Under the pieces are notes generated by a model. That model ran no database searches, was not told the DNA's origin, and worked only from the letters and a program-made list of their open reading frames with translations. The translations under genes and the position numbers were made by a program. From Bacteroidia bacterium (lineage in GTDB: Bacteria; Bacteroidota; Bacteroidia; CAILMK01; JACPUW01): DNA of 30,791 nt. The stretch covers positions 1-30,791 of the forward strand of contig JBMYOR010000001.1 of assembly GCA_049599535.1 (NCBI GenBank), written 5' to 3'. Below are positions 9,191-14,706 of this stretch, piece by piece (position 1 is the first letter of the stretch; every line of letters starts with the position of its first letter).

Positions 9191-11140
9191 ATGAAGAAGT
9201 TAATCATCATAGTAATAGCGGCCATCTCATTTACAGCATTAAAAGCACAGCAAATACCGCTTTATACGCAGTATTACAACAATGAGTTTTTATATAATCC
9301 ATCTCAAACCCTTACCGACGATTATTCATCGTTGAGTTTATTTTACCGTAAGCAATGGATTTTGAGTGAGAGCCCATTAGTAACGCAAGGGGTAGTTTTT
9401 CAAACCCCGCTCAAAACTGAAAAAGTAGGTTTAGGGGTAAATCTTATTAATGATAAGTTCGGTATTTTTAATCGTACCGGTGCGTCAATGGCCTACTCTT
9501 ATCAGGTTGACCTAAACGCCGATCATAAACTACTATTAGGCCTTAGTGCTGGTTTTATGAACACCAATTACGATTGGAATCAAGATGTTTCAATTTTATC
9601 AGATCCGCGTTTTCAAGAGGCTATAACAGATAGAGTAACATCTTTTGACGCAACATTTGGTTTTACTTACAAGTGGAAAGAACTTGAAGTAGGTGTGGCT
9701 ATACCACATTTATTGGCCGATGATCTTGATTTTACTGTTGAAAGCTCAGACTTGCTTTACTTTAATTATCGTCATTATGTAGCATCGGCCGCATATCAGT
9801 TTAGATTTGGTGATGATAAGTACGGTTTACGTCCTTTGGCACTAGTGAGGTATCAACCAGCTGTAAATCCTTTGTTTGATATAAACGCTGTATTTGATTA
9901 CAATCAGAAAGTATGGGCTGCTGTAGGCTACAGATACGAAGGTGCCATGACATTTGGCGCCGGTGTAAAATTGCATGATAGGTTTAATATAGGTTACTCT
10001 TATGATATGAACCTAAACAGCGATTTAACTCAGTATTTTGGAGCCACACATGAAATCAATTTGTCGGTAAACTTTGGTGCATCGTCAAGCTTTGGTGGCG
10101 GAACTAAAGATAAGAAGAGACCAGATTGTTTGGAGTTTGAAAATGAAGATGGCATTATGACTGAAATATGTCTTGAAGATCTTCAGAAAGAAATTTCAGA
10201 TTTGAAAAAAGCCAATGCTGATCAAGATTCAACCATTGAAGATCATGAAGAAAGAATTAAGCGGCTTGAGAATAAGGTGAGAAAAGACTCACTTGAAGAG
10301 ATTATGAAAGGCATTTTAAATGATATGAAAGTTGGTAGTGGCTATATGGACATTAAAGGAGATAACCTTGAAATGACAGGAACGCCAAACCCTATTTTAA
10401 ACCCTAATGATAAAGACGGTAATGTTTGGGGGTATCATGAAGATGGGACACCAATTAAGCCATTTGAAAAAATTAAAAGTGGTGAATCTGTTTATACTGA
10501 TCCTAACGCTGAGAATATAGTTGCCGATCCAAAAGCCGGAGTTACACTTTATGACGAAAATGGAAATGAGATTAAAGACCTTAGCAACTACACCGGTAGG
10601 GTTAAGGATGTAGATGGTAATTATGTTAAAGGCCCTGATGGCAAGTACCTTTATTACAACAACGAAGGGTACAACGATAATTATAACAATGGTGGCGGCG
10701 GTAATAATGGCGGCGGTACTTATAATGGTGGTGGTAACAAAGGCCGCAATAACAACGGAGGTGGTGATGCCACTGGTGGTAACAATAATGGCGGCAGTAA
10801 TAACAATGGTAACTCAGGCCGTGGTAATGGAAACAACAATTCAGGTAGATCACCAGTTAAAACTTACTCGCCAACCGAACTAATGGATGATGGTATTAGA
10901 TATACCGCACCCGGAAATTACGTTGTAGTAGGATCATACCGTAGTAAAGAGTACGCCATTGCAATGAGAGAAACCTTGCAAGACAAAGGTTACAGTGCGG
11001 GTATTGTTTACAATCACTTTAGAAAATGGTTTTATGTTTATACACATGAGAGCAACGATTTTGATAAAACCCTTCAACTTTTAAGACAAGAGCAAACTGG
11101 CGATTATAGCGACGCCTGGGTGCATGTTATAATAGAATAA
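9191..11140 (+). CDS. PorP/SprF-family T9SS outer-membrane barrel with C-terminal coiled coil, N/G-rich linker and SPOR domain
   Basis: Signal peptide MKKLIIIVIAAISFTALKA followed by QQIPLYTQY...YNP (PorP/SprF N-terminal motif). Barrel ends ...GATHEINLSVNF (~10075). C-terminal GNYVVVGSYRSKEYA...L..KGY.A.I......F.V......F..T..L........YSDAWV fits SPOR. An alternative in-frame ATG at 9164 overlaps the upstream stop (TAATG); 9191 is preferred for its A-rich upstream context and clean signal peptide. Confidence 0.88.
   Translation: MKKLIIIVIAAISFTALKAQQIPLYTQYYNNEFLYNPSQTLTDDYSSLSLFYRKQWILSESPLVTQGVVFQTPLKTEKVGLGVNLINDKFGIFNRTGASMAYSYQVDLNADHKLLLGLSAGFMNTNYDWNQDVSILSDPRFQEAITDRVTSFDATFGFTYKWKELEVGVAIPHLLADDLDFTVESSDLLYFNYRHYVASAAYQFRFGDDKYGLRPLALVRYQPAVNPLFDINAVFDYNQKVWAAVGYRYEGAMTFGAGVKLHDRFNIGYSYDMNLNSDLTQYFGATHEINLSVNFGASSSFGGGTKDKKRPDCLEFENEDGIMTEICLEDLQKEISDLKKANADQDSTIEDHEERIKRLENKVRKDSLEEIMKGILNDMKVGSGYMDIKGDNLEMTGTPNPILNPNDKDGNVWGYHEDGTPIKPFEKIKSGESVYTDPNAENIVADPKAGVTLYDENGNEIKDLSNYTGRVKDVDGNYVKGPDGKYLYYNNEGYNDNYNNGGGGNNGGGTYNGGGNKGRNNNGGGDATGGNNNGGSNNNGNSGRGNGNNNSGRSPVKTYSPTELMDDGIRYTAPGNYVVVGSYRSKEYAIAMRETLQDKGYSAGIVYNHFRKWFYVYTHESNDFDKTLQLLRQEQTGDYSDAWVHVIIE
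10658..10846 (+). repeat. Low-complexity Asn/Gly-rich coding stretch (AAT/AAC/GGT/GGC-rich)
   Basis: NNEGYNDNYNNGGGGNNGGGTYNGGGNKGRNNNGGGDATGGNNNGGSNNNGNSGRGNGNNNSG. Confidence 0.9.
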
Positions 11141-11159
11141 TCCTGTGTTATTATTTAAG

Positions 11160-11198
11160 AAAGCCTCTACCTTTTCTGGGTAGGGGCTTTTCTTTTTT
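11160..11198 (+). terminator. Intrinsic terminator after the adhesin-sprF pair
   Basis: AAAGCCTCTACC (11160-11171) pairs with GGTAGGGGCTTT (11179-11190) with one G-U, followed by TCTTTTTT. Confidence 0.85.
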
Positions 11199-11228
11199 AC
11201 AATTTAAATTTATTGCAATTGCTAATCC

Positions 11229-11236
11229 TAATTTTG
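11229..11236 (+). promoter_or_regulatory. Bacteroidota sigma-A -7 element for tatC
   Basis: TAATTTTG matches TAnnTTTG; 4 nt upstream of the tatC ATG. Confidence 0.7.
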
Positions 11237-11240
11237 CGCT

Positions 11241-12074
11241 ATGCTTGATCAACCTTTTGAAGAAGCCGAAGAAAAAGAGATGTCGTTTCTCGATCATCTT
11301 GAAATACTACGATGGCATTTAATTAGAAGTATATCGGCTATTGCAATTGGTGCTATTGCAGCCTTTGCAGGCAGAAAATGGGTAGTAGCCGTAATTGAAG
11401 GCCCCACAAAACTTGATTTTTGGACTTACCGTAAGCTTTGTGATTTATCTCAATACTTTGGTAACGATGCCTTTTGTATCGATTCATTGCATTTTCAATT
11501 GATCAATCGTAAAATAATGGGGCAGTTTACCCAGCATCTATTGGTTTCGGTAATTGTAGGCTTTGTGTTGGCGTTTCCGTATTTGCTTTTTGAAGGCTGG
11601 CGATTTTTAAAACCCGCATTAAGGCAAAAGGAGCGTAGCTATTTACGCGGCGTTATTTTTTCAGGATCTATTTTGTTTTTTATGGGTGTATTTACAGGCT
11701 ATTTTATGTTGGCGCCTATTTCAATACAGTTTTTGGTTAACTACACCTTTATGGATCAATTGGCCAATACAATTGATATCTCAAGCTACATATCGTTATT
11801 GGCTATGGTAACCTTAGCCGCTGCTGCAATATTTGAGTTGCCCATAGTTGTATATTTTTTAGCTAAAATCGGACTCGTAACGCCTGGCTTAATGAGAAAC
11901 TATCGTAGGCACGCCCTTTTGGTAATTCTTATTTTATCGGCCATTATTACCCCGCCCGATATTACAAGTCAAATCTTACTTAGTATACCATTTTTTATTC
12001 TTTACGAAACTTCAATATTAATTGCGGCGGCAGTTGTAAAACGCGAAAAAGAAGCCGAAAAGCGCGAAAGATAA
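11241..12074 (+). CDS. tatC: Twin-arginine translocase subunit TatC
   Basis: EMSFLDHLEILRWHLIR N-terminal motif, P...Y..W.F..PAL...E, FELP, RRHA...I....AIITPPD motifs; multiple hydrophobic segments. Confidence 0.96.
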   Translation: MLDQPFEEAEEKEMSFLDHLEILRWHLIRSISAIAIGAIAAFAGRKWVVAVIEGPTKLDFWTYRKLCDLSQYFGNDAFCIDSLHFQLINRKIMGQFTQHLLVSVIVGFVLAFPYLLFEGWRFLKPALRQKERSYLRGVIFSGSILFFMGVFTGYFMLAPISIQFLVNYTFMDQLANTIDISSYISLLAMVTLAAAAIFELPIVVYFLAKIGLVTPGLMRNYRRHALLVILILSAIITPPDITSQILLSIPFFILYETSILIAAAVVKREKEAEKRER

Positions 12075-12104
12075 TTGTGTTTAAAGCAAAGGTTTTGTTC
12101 TGCG

Positions 12105-12112
12105 TATTTTTG
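12105..12112 (+). promoter_or_regulatory. Probable -7 element for rpiB
   Basis: TATTTTTG matches TAnnTTTG, 20 nt upstream of the rpiB ATG in a 58-nt intergenic gap. Confidence 0.55.
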
Positions 12113-12132
12113 CCCAAAGCATTGAGTAAAAC

Positions 12133-12558
12133 ATGAGAATAGCAATTGGTAGCGATCATGCAGGTTTTGAGTTAAAAGAGCACTTAAAAACATTTTTAGC
12201 TGATCATGATATTGAAGATAAAGGACCTTTTTCTGCTGATTCGGTTGATTATCCTGAATTTGCACATGAAGTGGCTAATGTGGCTGCAACCGAGCAAGTA
12301 AACTGTGGTATTTTAATTTGTGGATCAGCCAATGGAGTGGCTATGAGTGCTAATAAGCATCAAAATGTAAGAGCTGCCATATGCTGGTTGCCCGAAATTG
12401 CATCATTAGCTAAGCAACACAATAATGCCAATATAATTTGCCTACCCGCTAGGTTTATTTCAAATACCGAAGCCGAGGCAATTGTAAAGGCCTATTTATC
12501 TGCTGAATTTGAAGGAGGCAGACACCAACGCCGAATTGATAAAATACCTTGCGTTTAA
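12133..12558 (+). CDS. rpiB: Ribose-5-phosphate isomerase B
   Basis: GSDHAG, DYPEFA, CGSANG...ANK, HNNAN, FEGGRHQRR motifs of the RpiB/LacAB family; catalytic Cys present. Confidence 0.96.
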   Translation: MRIAIGSDHAGFELKEHLKTFLADHDIEDKGPFSADSVDYPEFAHEVANVAATEQVNCGILICGSANGVAMSANKHQNVRAAICWLPEIASLAKQHNNANIICLPARFISNTEAEAIVKAYLSAEFEGGRHQRRIDKIPCV

Positions 12559-13641
12559 TTGTCGTTAAATGCTTTAAATATCCATGATCTTGGCGAAAAG
12601 GCGCTAGCCGCTAGGCGAAAAACAATTCATAATCTTGATCATGTTTTAATTGAGTTCGAAACAGCCTTTTTACAAGGTCGTGGCAAGCTGCATTGGGCGG
12701 CTGACGATAATGATGTTTTTCAAATAGTAAACAAAGTTTTGCAAACTGCAAACCGAACTGAATACTATATTGAAAATGATCCGATAATTACCGAACTTGA
12801 TTTAAAAAGCAGGCTAAAATCTAAAGCCAATTTAAAAAATAGCAGCGAGCTAACTCAATCGCTAGCATACATATGCGGTTGTGCATTTATTTGTGCCGAA
12901 TCGCCTACGGCCTACTTTAATAAAAAAGGAGTATCAAATATATTTTTAGATCAAAATACCTTACCGGTATTAATAGTTTCAATAGATCAATTGCTATTAT
13001 CATTAATTGATTTGCATGCTCTGGCCCCTTTATTGTGTCAAACATCAAATGATGCATTTGAGCTAATATCATTGCTTAAACAACCAAAACTTAATGTAGT
13101 AATAGTTGATAATGGCAGATCAAAACTTTTAGCCAAAACACCACAAAACAAGCTTTTAGAACTTAGCCATCCTAAATACTTTTTAAAAAACAATTCTGAT
13201 GCAAGGTTAATAGAATCGATATATTATGGGCATTTGGCAAAAAATGACCCGCTCAGTTTGGTTAACAACTTTTGTTTAGATGGTTACACCAAAAACTCAC
13301 TCTTATTAAATATCGATATCACTGAGATTGTAATAGCAGGTAGAGCTATTAAGGCAGAAAAAAACAAGAGTGAAAACGATTTAATTTGGCGTTCGTGGAA
13401 AAGTGCAATGCTTAGCCGTAAGGTGTTACGTCGTAGCCGATTGGGCCCTATTTCGTTAATGAAATCGTTTTATAAAAGAGGGTTCGGAAGTTTAAGAAGT
13501 TTTCCTAAAACCGAAAAAGGTAGTTTTAGTGAGCAATGGGTAAAGCAAAGGCCAAATGTTGTGCATTCAAAAAAGCTTACCGATATACCAAAGGGGCAAT
13601 TATTGGTGCGCAAACCAGCAACCGATGGGCTTAATAATTAG
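12559..13641 (+). CDS. Degenerate LutB/YkgF-like (LUD-domain) protein lacking the Fe-S cysteine motifs
   Basis: NLD..L.EFE..F....GK..WA.D, V.I.DNGR..LLA, ...NIDI and the C-terminal G.LR.FP.....SFS.QW are collinear with LutB as I recall it. No CxxCxxCxxxCP motif. TTG start directly after the rpiB TAA. Open for 360 codons. Confidence 0.72.
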   Translation: MSLNALNIHDLGEKALAARRKTIHNLDHVLIEFETAFLQGRGKLHWAADDNDVFQIVNKVLQTANRTEYYIENDPIITELDLKSRLKSKANLKNSSELTQSLAYICGCAFICAESPTAYFNKKGVSNIFLDQNTLPVLIVSIDQLLLSLIDLHALAPLLCQTSNDAFELISLLKQPKLNVVIVDNGRSKLLAKTPQNKLLELSHPKYFLKNNSDARLIESIYYGHLAKNDPLSLVNNFCLDGYTKNSLLLNIDITEIVIAGRAIKAEKNKSENDLIWRSWKSAMLSRKVLRRSRLGPISLMKSFYKRGFGSLRSFPKTEKGSFSEQWVKQRPNVVHSKKLTDIPKGQLLVRKPATDGLNN

Positions 13642-13644
13642 GTT

Positions 13645-14619
13645 TTAAAAGGGTAAATAGTCTTTATCAAGATAGTTTTGTACGTAATCTTTGACTCCTT
13701 GCGCTAAGCTTGTAAAAGGCTTGTCATAGCCAATGTTTTTTAGCTTTTGCATATTGGCCTCAGTAAAATATTGGTATTTGTCCCTAATGTCTTCAGGTGT
13801 ATCAATAAATTCAATTTTTGACTCAAGATTAAGGGATTTAAATACACCAGTAGCTAAATCTAAAAAGGTTTGTGCCTTACCAGTACCTAAGTTGTAAAGT
13901 CCGTTGTTTTGTGGTTTTCGATTTTCTAAAAGCCAAATAATTACATCAACCACATCTTTTACATAAATAAAGTCTCTTTTTTGTTCCCCGTTTTTATAGT
14001 CTGCATTATGAGACTTAAACAGGCTCATGCTGCCTTTAATTTTTATTTGATTATAAGTATGGTAAACCACTGATGCCATTCTGCCTTTATGATACTCATT
14101 AGGCCCGTAAACATTAAAAAACTTAAGGCCAATCCAGTAGTATGGCTTTTTATCCTGTGCCAAAGCCCATTTGTCAAAGTCGTTTTTACTTTCGCCATAA
14201 GGGTTAAGGGGCTGCAATTGATTTAATATTTCGTGAGTATCGTTATACCCCAATTCGCCGCCACCGTATGTAGCAGCCGATGATGCATAAATTATCGGAA
14301 AACCATATTCTACACACTTTTGCCAAAGCGATTTGGTATAATTAAGGTTTAAGTGATCAAAAATTTGGGTATCGAACTCGGTGGTATCGGTTCTTGCGCC
14401 AATGTGAACAATAAACTCAATCTCAATGTAATGGCTATCAATCCATTCAATAAACTCTTCGCGGTCAATTTTGTTGATATTTTCAAAACCTATAAGATTG
14501 TTGGCCTTAGCAGTTTTGCTAAAATCATCAACCAATAATAAATCTTTGTATCCTTTATTGTAAAGAGAATGAGCTACACAACTACCAATAAATCCTGCTG
14601 CACCGGTTACCACAATCAT
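13645..14619 (-). CDS. rfaD: ADP-L-glycero-D-manno-heptose 6-epimerase
   Basis: MIVVTGAAGFIGS, H.GA.TDTT, YASSAATYG, PLNPYGESK (YxxxK), FFNVYGPNEYHKGRMAS, RDFIYVKD, YQYFTEA. Confidence 0.95.
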   Translation of the reverse strand: MIVVTGAAGFIGSCVAHSLYNKGYKDLLLVDDFSKTAKANNLIGFENINKIDREEFIEWIDSHYIEIEFIVHIGARTDTTEFDTQIFDHLNLNYTKSLWQKCVEYGFPIIYASSAATYGGGELGYNDTHEILNQLQPLNPYGESKNDFDKWALAQDKKPYYWIGLKFFNVYGPNEYHKGRMASVVYHTYNQIKIKGSMSLFKSHNADYKNGEQKRDFIYVKDVVDVIIWLLENRKPQNNGLYNLGTGKAQTFLDLATGVFKSLNLESKIEFIDTPEDIRDKYQYFTEANMQKLKNIGYDKPFTSLAQGVKDYVQNYLDKDYLPF

Positions 14620-14623
14620 GCTG

Positions 14624-14631
14624 CAAAATTA
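14624..14631 (-). promoter_or_regulatory. -7 element for rfaD
   Basis: Plus strand CAAAATTA = TAATTTTG on the minus strand, 4 nt upstream of the rfaD ATG. Confidence 0.68.
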
Positions 14632-14706
14632 CAAAGCCATATGCAGCAATTAATGGTATTAAGAAGTAAGCTGTTAATTTGCAAACCCATTACCTCCTAT
14701 AGTATT

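Noticed and set aside
10614-10883. Hydrophobic 89-aa (+) and His/Tyr/Cys-rich 75-aa (-) ORFs
   Set aside because: Off-frame readings of the AAT/GGT-rich linker; their striking composition is an artefact.
14672-14682. GTTAATTTGC as the -7 element of the lectin gene
   Set aside because: Only a near match to TAnnTTTG; plausible but not supportable as a feature.
14569-14706. 46-aa N-terminal extension of the lectin ORF
   Set aside because: It overlaps the rfaD start and promoter on the opposite strand; ATG 14707 gives a normal signal peptide.
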